From positions 1-47,040 of the forward strand of contig PSPG01000013.1 of NCBI GenBank assembly GCA_003193925.1: 47,040 nt of DNA. Direction: 5' to 3'. This stretch comes from Candidatus Thalassarchaeum betae. GTDB lineage: Archaea; Thermoplasmatota; Poseidoniia; Poseidoniales; Thalassarchaeaceae. This document shows positions 39,747 through 47,040 of this stretch, one piece after another. Numbering within the stretch: position 1 is the stretch's first letter; the number at the start of each line of letters is the position of its first letter. Below the pieces are notes generated by a model. The model did not search any database. It was not told where the DNA came from and saw only the letters and a list, made by a program, of their open reading frames with translations. The position numbers and the translations under genes are program-made.

Positions 39747-42261
39747 CCGCTCTGTGGACAGCGGTCTGCACCTCTCTCATACTGTCGACAGCGCCGAGCT
39801 CCCTGAAGACGGAAAGTGAGCGCTGCAGGTACTCCATCTTCTGCGAGCGGTCGCTCTCGACCTCGCCCAGCCGGGCGAGCAACTCGCCTTGGAGCATCCT
39901 GAAGTCGTTCGCCTCGGCCAGAGCGAGTCCGTCAAGGTAGTGCTCTGCAGCCTCCCCCCCGCGACCGGCGTCACCCAGCACCTGACCCAGTAGAATCTGG
40001 ACCTCGACGGCGCTGTGCGGATCGGCTTGCTCTGAGAGGATCTCGAGGGCCCCGGAGTAGTATTGCATCGCGAGCTCGTTCTCCTTCGCTCGGGCGTAGT
40101 ACCTCCCCAAGACAGCCCGAGCGCGTGCGTGCAGGATGTCCACGCCCTTGTCCTCGGTCTCCTCGAAGGCGACCATTGCGTGATCTCTGGCTCGGTCGAG
40201 CTCGCCCATCTCCAAGAAGGCGGTTGCGAGGCTGATGCGCGCGTCGCACAGCTCCGGGTCATCCTCGGACTCGAGCAGTTTCTCGACGTTGCCGTAGACC
40301 TCGAGAGCGTGGCGGTCGTCCTTCCTGCGTCGGAAAATGTAACCCATGTTGTTGTAGGAGCGTGCAGCGCCTACGGCATCCCTCATCGCGATCTGGATCT
40401 CCAGCGCCTTGCGGTGCAGCTCCAGGGCGTCGTCCATCGCACCGCGCTTGACGGCGATGTCGGCTCGGGCCGACAACAGGCGAGCAAGTATCTTGCTCAT
40501 CTTGTGCCTGCGCGCGAGCGCGACAGCGCCATCGTACTCGACCTCGGCCTCGTCCCATCGACCCTGAATGGACAGGATGTCGCCTCGCAGCTCCTTGATC
40601 ACACACCAGCTTCTAGGTCCGTAGCCCTCGCGCTCGAGCGGCCTGAGGATCCCAAGCAGCTCGGTGTGTCCCGCGCTGACGAGATTGTGGCCCTCGGCGG
40701 TGAGAACCTCGGCGAGGGTGTCGGTGTCTCCGGATTCGTTGAGATGGTGGATGTACTCTATCCTCTCGGCTGCGCTGCCGCGACGGGAACGGTACCAGAC
40801 GGTGGCGTTGGCGTGGAGCTCCTGGCGCAGTGACTCATTCATTGATCGAGTCAGGAACTCCCTGACTAGGTCATGGACGTCGTAGTTCTCGCTGTCAGCC
40901 TGGCGTGCGAGGCCCTTCTCGACGAGGCCGTCCAGAAGGTCAGTCTCGGCCTCGACCCCACTGATGGCCTCGAGGGGCATCGGCTCGCGGAACACGGCGA
41001 TGGAGCCAAGCAGCCTCTTCTCAGAACCCGATAGTCGACTGAAGATCTCCTGCTCGACGAAGGCCTCCAGCGTTGCGTGGAAAGTCTCTCCGACGTTTCC
41101 CCGGTTGATGAGCTCCAGTACCAGCGGATGCCCCCTCGAGAGCGTGTAGATGTGCAGGAACTGGACCATATCGAGATCCGGCATGGCCGTCAGAATCTGC
41201 CGGCTGGAATCCTGATCCAGACCCTCTAGGGGCATGACCAGAGTCACTATGCGACCGGTGGAGTCCGACTCGGGGACGACCATCCTGAATGAGCGGGAGA
41301 ACATCACCAGACCCACGTCTTCGAACTCCGGGATCCTCAGGGTGAGTGACCTCAGGGCGGAGATCAGCGTCTCGTCGCCGACCTTGTGCAGGTCGTCTAT
41401 CACGATCAGCGAGGGAGAGTCCTGCAATCCCTCGAGAATCAGATTGACCGCCATAGACGCCTTGGGCACCGGAGTGGCGGCGAGGTAATCTGAGAGATCG
41501 TTGTAGCCCATGGCCGACAGCCACTCCGAGGTGGCTTCCAGGAAGGCTCGCGAGCCCTCCCAGTCCTGGCAGCGGTGATACAGGAGGTTCCGCCTGTGAG
41601 TGAAGCCCTCGAGCAGCTTGCCGGCTAGGGCCGTCTTCCCTATGCCGGCGATTCCCGGCACAAGTATGGAGCTGGATTGGTCCTCGAGCAGAGCGACCAT
41701 GTTCTCCAGCTCGTTCGCCCTGCCGAAGAAGCGGCGGGTCTTCGGCAGGTCGTTCAGCGACGTGACGAGCTGCTTCTCGATGTGCTTGGACAGGTCCCTC
41801 TCAATCAGTTCGGCCGAGAGCGTTGATAGGTCGACGGTCCCGGTCTCATCGAGGTATCTCAGGAAGTCGACGTGCCTCAGAGGCAGGTCAGTCGCCTCGA
41901 GCGCCTGAGCGAGCTCGAGCATCTCGGAGCGGCCGTCGGGGTGCACCAGACGGACCGGCTGGGTGCTCACCTTGGACCAGATGTCGTCTGCGATGTTGGC
42001 GCCGTCCTCGGTCAGGAAGTACGCCTTCCTCTTGCGAGACACCCCGGTAACGTGGGCCTGTCTCTCGATCAGGTGCCCCTGCTCCCTCATCCCGGCTATC
42101 GCCCTAGGGACGTTCGAGCGGGCTATGGCCACGGCGTTGGCGATTCCCATCTGGGACAGAGCGAACGGGACCTCGACCTTGTCGGCGTGGTCGACGTAAT
42201 CACGCAGGTGCAGGAGGATTCTCTCCTGAACCCCTGGCCGGGGCACGGCTATGGCGGACAC
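39733..42261 (-). CDS. wHTH-STAND NTPase-TPR protein (NLR-like)
   Basis: N-terminal winged helix (LSQMGIANAVAIARSNVPRAI...RKAYFLT); Walker A GIAGIGKT; Walker B LIVIDDLH; GHPL; VHDLVREF; C-terminal TPR helices. Start placed at GTG 42261. Confidence 0.88.
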   Translation of the reverse strand: MSAIAVPRPGVQERILLHLRDYVDHADKVEVPFALSQMGIANAVAIARSNVPRAIAGMREQGHLIERQAHVTGVSRKRKAYFLTEDGANIADDIWSKVSTQPVRLVHPDGRSEMLELAQALEATDLPLRHVDFLRYLDETGTVDLSTLSAELIERDLSKHIEKQLVTSLNDLPKTRRFFGRANELENMVALLEDQSSSILVPGIAGIGKTALAGKLLEGFTHRRNLLYHRCQDWEGSRAFLEATSEWLSAMGYNDLSDYLAATPVPKASMAVNLILEGLQDSPSLIVIDDLHKVGDETLISALRSLTLRIPEFEDVGLVMFSRSFRMVVPESDSTGRIVTLVMPLEGLDQDSSRQILTAMPDLDMVQFLHIYTLSRGHPLVLELINRGNVGETFHATLEAFVEQEIFSRLSGSEKRLLGSIAVFREPMPLEAISGVEAETDLLDGLVEKGLARQADSENYDVHDLVREFLTRSMNESLRQELHANATVWYRSRRGSAAERIEYIHHLNESGDTDTLAEVLTAEGHNLVSAGHTELLGILRPLEREGYGPRSWCVIKELRGDILSIQGRWDEAEVEYDGAVALARRHKMSKILARLLSARADIAVKRGAMDDALELHRKALEIQIAMRDAVGAARSYNNMGYIFRRRKDDRHALEVYGNVEKLLESEDDPELCDARISLATAFLEMGELDRARDHAMVAFEETEDKGVDILHARARAVLGRYYARAKENELAMQYYSGALEILSEQADPHSAVEVQILLGQVLGDAGRGGEAAEHYLDGLALAEANDFRMLQGELLARLGEVESDRSQKMEYLQRSLSVFRELGAVDSMREVQTAVHRAVMGH

Positions 42262-42318
42262 GCACCGCGAGCGTAATCGTCCACTCAATAATGTTGGTGA
42301 GACACGGGTGGGCCCGGC

Positions 42319-45300
42319 TCACGCGTCAGAGTGATCCGGATCGGGCACCCACTCCCCCTCCTCGGGGTCCCAGAGCCATCCGGGGTGCTCTTCGTGCTTC
42401 TGCAGCCTTGACTCGGGCTCAGGTGGGGGCTCCTCTCTAATGCCAGGTTCCGCGTAAGGCTCCTTGGCCCACGCGTAGGCGTCCTCCTCGGCCTCCTCCT
42501 TGACCTCAGAGGTACCGTCGAACTCCTCGTCCTCCTCGTCCTCCAGTTCGACGAAGAAGTAGACGAATCCGCCGATGGCTGCGATTAAGACCAACAGGAT
42601 GAGGATGATCGTGCCCATTCCCAACCCGCCTCCCCCAGAGTCGCCCACACTGATTGTGTAATCCGCGCTCTCAAAGGAGTTGCCGCCGTACTTGAAGACA
42701 GGAGTGGCCGAGCCGTCTATCCTAGAGGCCGGGATTCCCAGTGACCAGGTCGAATCTGCGCCCACGAGGGTGTTGTTGACGTTGTTCCCGGAGATGGTCA
42801 CGGAGACCGTCTTGCCGGGGAGTCCGATTCCCGTGAAGACCGCTACTCCGCCAGAGGGCAGCATGTCGTCCTCGGGCGGCGTGATCTGGAACTCCAAGCC
42901 TACGACAGTGAAGGTGATGGGCGCGGAGTTGATCTTCGAGCCGTACGTGTCTGTAGCCACGAAGACGACGTTCTCGAGGGTCCAAGTCGCTATGTCGATG
43001 TCGTAGAAGAACATGGAGACCGGGTTGTAGATCGCCATTCCGTTCATGCCGACGTTAATCACCATGCCGAAGTGGTCGTCGGAGTCACGTGCCTCATCGT
43101 CGTACACGGCGAGGATGAGCTCTTGGCCGGGGTCTGGGTCCTCGAAGTAGTCGAGCAGGTTGATCTCGGCCCTCGTGCAGCGGTCCTGGGCCTGCGAGTT
43201 GGTCTCGCAGAACAGGGTGATTTCGCTGCTCCAGCCCGACGGGTCGAAAGTGGGCGGGTTGTTGTCCGCGTCGGGCGGGTTGTCGGCGACGATGAACATC
43301 TCAGTCCAATCGCTGTAGTCATAGCCGTCGTAAGAGCGGAATCGGATCAGGTACTGATGGTCATGCATCAGCTGCGTCGAGTCCCATGCCAGCGACCAAG
43401 CGCCACTCGGAGCGAAATCAGTCACCGAGGTGGAGTAGACCATCAGGTAGTTGTTGACGACGTCCTGGACCTCGATGTCGACTCTGGAGACCGAACCGTC
43501 GTTGTCCCGGGCGACGCCCTCGAACACGGTTTCCTCCGAAACTGATAGCCTCTGCCCGTCCTGTGGCGAGATGACGCTGATGAACGGCGGGCTGTTCGAG
43601 TTGTCGATGGTCAGCGTGAGGACCGCGGGAATGCATTCGTCCACCACGCTCTCGCAGAAGTCCGTGTCAGACGCCCAGACGGTGAATGTGTAGGTGGCGA
43701 TATCGCGAGGCTGGCCGCTGAAGTCCCAAGTCCAGCTCCACTCAGCGCCTCCTTCGGTCGGGGTCGTGACGAGGAAACTGGGGCCCTCGATCTGGAAGTA
43801 GATGTCCTGGATGTCGACGCTACACTGCATCGGGCAGCCGTAGTGGTCGAAGGCAGTGCCCTCGAAGGTAACGGTGCCCTCCGAGTGCGTCGAGAAGGAG
43901 CTCGGGGAGGTGACCGAGATGGTGGGGGGCTGGGTGTTGAGTTTGATGCTTCTGGAGATGATCGGGCTGTAGTCGATGCCGTCGAACGCCCTGAACTCGA
44001 AGACGTAGTCGCCCTCCTCCCGGTTGCTCATGTCGATCGCGTAGTACCACGAGCTGAACGGCCTGTTCGTCTTAGTGACCTGCCCCTCGGCCATGCCACT
44101 GGTGTCCACGGCGAGCCCTGCGTTACTCCACTCACTGGTGAACGGGTCCCTGACCTGTACCTCGTGGACGTAGCCCCCCTGGTCCCACTGAGCCAGCTCG
44201 TCGGTGGCGTAAACCCCCGCCAACTGCCCGTCGTGGGCGCTGCCGGTGACGTTCACTATCCTGCGGTAGGAGTGGCCGTCCGACTGCGTGACGGAGACCG
44301 TCGGACCCAGGTTGACGAGGTTGATGGTGTCCTGCAGGGTTGAGTCCACCAGCGTGAAATCGCTCCTGTCGTAGCCGAAGCCGAACCTGTATGCTGTGTA
44401 GTAGTAGCGGGACAGCTCCCGGGTTCCGGCCGCGGTGTCGCAGTCCTCGTCGGCGGTGTCTATGGTGAGATCGCCGTCATTGTCGATCCCGTCGGAGCAC
44501 GAGTCCTCGTACTCGTCATCGGCGAAGTGGTCAGGATTGTCGCCCCCCGCGAGCCCTCTGAAATCGAGATGGAAGTCCGATGGAAGGGCGACCCACGGGG
44601 TGTAACCGTCGCTCTCGGTGTAAAGGGAGTAGAGGTCGTTGCCCAGAGCGTCCTCGATGAGCACGTTCGCATCTGTGACGCGCTCGCCGTTGACCAATGT
44701 CTGGAAGCGAACCATCTCTGCTCGCCGGACCTGAACTGTAGCGGGTGCGGTTGTGGTCTCAATGTAGATCTTCGTGCGATCGAGATTTGACAGATTTGCG
44801 AAGGTGAACGTGGTCGAGTTGTTGTCCATGTTCAACGCCAGGGGGAAATTCCTGGGCGTCAGGTCGGCGCAGTTGGGGCAGTCCTGGACGAATGTCGTGA
44901 CGATGTTCGTCTGGAAGTCGTTGGCATGATATGCCTGTGGGCCGGACCAGGACAACAGGGCGGGGTACTCGTCGGGAGGCGGGCTCGGAATATACTCCGA
45001 CTGCACGGTTATCGAGCTCTTGGTGACATTGTACGTCATCCCGACTCCCGACCACGTGTTCTGCGAGAAGAAGCCGAGAGTACCGTACTGCTGCGAGCCG
45101 GCGTAGCCATCATCATATTGCTTGACTATCACACCTGTGCCTGGTACGTTGAAGGTGTTCCGCCGGATGTCCAGAAGCGCGCCCACCGCCCTGATTCCAT
45201 CGGCGTCTCCAGAATCGGGGATGTTGATCGTGTTGTCGTACATCGTGACACCGGTCCTGTAGGCGTGGACCGCAGGGCAGGTGAAGTCACCGTCCCAGTC

Positions 45301-46611
45301 ATCGTACCTGGTGGCCTGGCACACGCCTGTCCCATCACTGGAGATCGTGTTGTTGGCCAGATAGACGCGGGCCGCCTGGGGGTTGGGTGCTGAAGAGCCG
45401 TACTCGCCTGCTCGGATGGGCTCCCTGGCAGTGTCGTGGATGGTGTTGTTCTCGGCCACCACGTCGAAGGAACCGAGCAGCCACAGCCCGTTCCAGCCAC
45501 CGACCGGGCCGATGTCGTTGTTGTAGATCTGGACCTCGCTCGATTCGATGGAGATCCCCGAAGCCTCACCCGCGCCTTCGAGTTCGTTGTCCCTGATGAT
45601 GACCAAACCACCGTCAAAGACGGTGATGGGCGAGCCATCGCCAGTCGTTATCTCATTCGAGATGATCTCGATTGAGTAGTCCACGTTCCCGACTGCCTTC
45701 CTGCTGTTGATGTCGATGCCGTTGCAGTTGACGGTCAACTCGGAGTTAGCGATCCTGCCCGATGAGTGGCGCATGCTCAGGCCGTAGTCGCCGAAGACGG
45801 TCGCGCCGTCGATCTCGATGAAGGTGTCCTCGGCCCAGAGCCCTGGTCGGCTCGGCGCAAAGCGGCCGCAGCCGACGTTGGTCCCGTAGAAGACTGGAGA
45901 TTCGAGCACCAGTGGCGTGATCGGCGTGCCAGAGCTGTAGATCTGCACGGCCGAGCCCCTCACCTCGCTCTCGTCGTCGGTTCCGACCACATACTCGCCG
46001 CCGACGAACCGGGGCTGAGCGAGGTTCGTGGTCAACACGCTGGTGGTGTTGATGTCAATGAACTCCAGTTCGATCAGCGTCGGGCTGGCGCCATCGATGA
46101 CCAGCGCGCCGTACCTCCACTCGAAGACGGTCGGGATGTAGTAGGGTATGCCCCACGCCCCGTCGATCCTGATGTACCTGAACCCGGTCTGAGACAGGTC
46201 GATGGTGTTGCGAATCAGCACGCCTTCGTAGCAGGAGGGGTCCCTCACCCAGATCTGCTGGTTGCCGTGGCTCATGCCATAGCACTCGCCGGTGGCGCTG
46301 CCGTTGGCCGGGTCGGTCCACCGGAAGGTGATCCTCTGCGCGGTGTTGGCATTGCCTGCGGCACCGCAGGCCATGACCCCTGCACACAGATTGCCTCGGA
46401 CGTCGAGGTGGGTGCCGTTGGGGAAGGTGACAGTCGTTCCAGGCTGGATGATCAGTTTGGCGCCGGATCCGATGACAACATCACCGGTCAGGGCGTGGTT
46501 GCCCCACCAGGTCTCGGTGCCGGAGATGGTCCCCGAGGTCGTCTCGTTGTTGGCCGAGACCGGGGCAGCCGGGCCGACCAGAGCGACGAACAGGCTCGTC
46601 AGCATCAGCAA
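42319..46611 (-). CDS. Membrane-anchored parallel beta-helix (pectin-lyase-like) protein with tandem Ig-like domains; true start probably ATG 46631 with a 1-bp frameshift
   Basis: Signal peptide remnant; Asn-ladder repeats (IISNEI, IRDNEL, IYNNDI, AENNTI); Ig modules (NTQPPTISVTSP, GVARDNDG); TM IILILLVLIAAIGGFVYFF; Trp-rich tail. Confidence 0.85.
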   Translation of the reverse strand: MLMLTSLFVALVGPAAPVSANNETTSGTISGTETWWGNHALTGDVVIGSGAKLIIQPGTTVTFPNGTHLDVRGNLCAGVMACGAAGNANTAQRITFRWTDPANGSATGECYGMSHGNQQIWVRDPSCYEGVLIRNTIDLSQTGFRYIRIDGAWGIPYYIPTVFEWRYGALVIDGASPTLIELEFIDINTTSVLTTNLAQPRFVGGEYVVGTDDESEVRGSAVQIYSSGTPITPLVLESPVFYGTNVGCGRFAPSRPGLWAEDTFIEIDGATVFGDYGLSMRHSSGRIANSELTVNCNGIDINSRKAVGNVDYSIEIISNEITTGDGSPITVFDGGLVIIRDNELEGAGEASGISIESSEVQIYNNDIGPVGGWNGLWLLGSFDVVAENNTIHDTAREPIRAGEYGSSAPNPQAARVYLANNTISSDGTGVCQATRYDDWDGDFTCPAVHAYRTGVTMYDNTINIPDSGDADGIRAVGALLDIRRNTFNVPGTGVIVKQYDDGYAGSQQYGTLGFFSQNTWSGVGMTYNVTKSSITVQSEYIPSPPPDEYPALLSWSGPQAYHANDFQTNIVTTFVQDCPNCADLTPRNFPLALNMDNNSTTFTFANLSNLDRTKIYIETTTAPATVQVRRAEMVRFQTLVNGERVTDANVLIEDALGNDLYSLYTESDGYTPWVALPSDFHLDFRGLAGGDNPDHFADDEYEDSCSDGIDNDGDLTIDTADEDCDTAAGTRELSRYYYTAYRFGFGYDRSDFTLVDSTLQDTINLVNLGPTVSVTQSDGHSYRRIVNVTGSAHDGQLAGVYATDELAQWDQGGYVHEVQVRDPFTSEWSNAGLAVDTSGMAEGQVTKTNRPFSSWYYAIDMSNREEGDYVFEFRAFDGIDYSPIISRSIKLNTQPPTISVTSPSSFSTHSEGTVTFEGTAFDHYGCPMQCSVDIQDIYFQIEGPSFLVTTPTEGGAEWSWTWDFSGQPRDIATYTFTVWASDTDFCESVVDECIPAVLTLTIDNSNSPPFISVISPQDGQRLSVSEETVFEGVARDNDGSVSRVDIEVQDVVNNYLMVYSTSVTDFAPSGAWSLAWDSTQLMHDHQYLIRFRSYDGYDYSDWTEMFIVADNPPDADNNPPTFDPSGWSSEITLFCETNSQAQDRCTRAEINLLDYFEDPDPGQELILAVYDDEARDSDDHFGMVINVGMNGMAIYNPVSMFFYDIDIATWTLENVVFVATDTYGSKINSAPITFTVVGLEFQITPPEDDMLPSGGVAVFTGIGLPGKTVSVTISGNNVNNTLVGADSTWSLGIPASRIDGSATPVFKYGGNSFESADYTISVGDSGGGGLGMGTIILILLVLIAAIGGFVYFFVELEDEEDEEFDGTSEVKEEAEEDAYAWAKEPYAEPGIREEPPPEPESRLQKHEEHPGWLWDPEEGEWVPDPDHSDA

Positions 46612-46723
46612 GACGAGGAGGTGCTAGCCATGCGTTTCGGGGAATCGAGGGTGGATTTAATCATAGGGTAGTATCGAGCCATAGGCTCGATTGATACAGG
46701 TCCGGCGATAATGATACCTTACG

Positions 46724-47040
46724 TCACGCCAGATTCAGCTCGAATGCTATGTCAGAAGCCCATTGAACCGCGTCCAGACGGCCGTAGCCTCCGCTCAGGT
46801 CGTGTGAGCTCCCTCTGATGGAATCCTTGTCGCAGGAACTCGCCAAGCTCCTCTTCACGATCGCCATCTCGGTGGGATCGAGGATCCCGTCGTCCCCAGC
46901 CAGTGCCTCGCCGTGCAATTCGAGAATGAGGGCGAGAGCCCCGGTGACGAGGACGGTCGAGTCACTGGTCCCCGTGGAGTAGGCGTATGGAGGGGTGATT
47001 ACGGTCGAGGCTGTGGAGAACAGCAGAACGCCGGGGGCAG
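46724..47040 (-). CDS. S8 subtilisin-family peptidase, C-terminal part (5' end beyond the right window edge)
   Basis: The frame stays open to the window edge: APGVLLFST...YAYSTGTSDSTVLVTGALALIL...GYGRLDA. Confidence 0.85.
   Translation of the reverse strand, partial: APGVLLFSTASTVITPPYAYSTGTSDSTVLVTGALALILELHGEALAGDDGILDPTEMAIVKRSLASSCDKDSIRGSSHDLSGGYGRLDAVQWASDIAFELNLA

Noticed and set aside
38934-42261. MBL hydrolase next to a STAND NTPase as an Avs1-type defence operon
   Set aside because: The genes are convergent, the MBL is YycJ/WalJ-like, and the STAND has a wHTH rather than a protease domain.
2774-46671. Many long antisense or alternate-frame ORFs (e.g. 2774..3604, 6970..7878, 8337..9353, 21048..21962, 45766..46671)
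   Set aside because: Shadows of GC-rich real genes; no motifs, and they overlap better-supported CDSs.
3000-47040. Very frequent CTCGAG/TCGA palindromes
   Set aside because: Explained by CTC-GAG, GTC-GAG and ATC-GAC codon pairs in an acidic, GC-rich proteome.

Overview
GC-rich archaeal chromosome segment, most consistent with Marine Group II Euryarchaeota (Ca. Poseidoniales, Thermoplasmatota). This is inferred from the archaeal-type 23S rRNA with no 16S upstream, archaeal GAPDH/uS15/Rpp21/ArcS/PheT/GluRS, a bacterial-type adk, and many giant acidic surface proteins. The window opens inside a stand-alone 23S rRNA gene on the minus strand. It then alternates housekeeping genes (rnp4, yhbY, adk, gap, pheT, rnhB, gltX, rps15, arcS, dnaJ) with large secreted or membrane-anchored proteins: an S8 protease, an SGNH hydrolase-Ig protein, a PPC-repeat protein, a 1906-aa DxDxDG-repeat protein and a beta-helix/Ig protein. 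Most notable: an NLR-like wHTH-STAND-TPR protein, recurring Trp-rich or Zn-ribbon cytoplasmic tails on surface proteins, a candidate box C/D (K-turn) RNA, a low-GC catalytic domain that looks swapped in, a pyroglutamyl-peptidase/MutT fusion, a permuted degenerate glutamate-synthase-like protein, and a probable 1-bp frameshift in a signal peptide. No CRISPR array, tRNA or mobile element was seen. All calls come from reading motifs by eye; no database searches were run.
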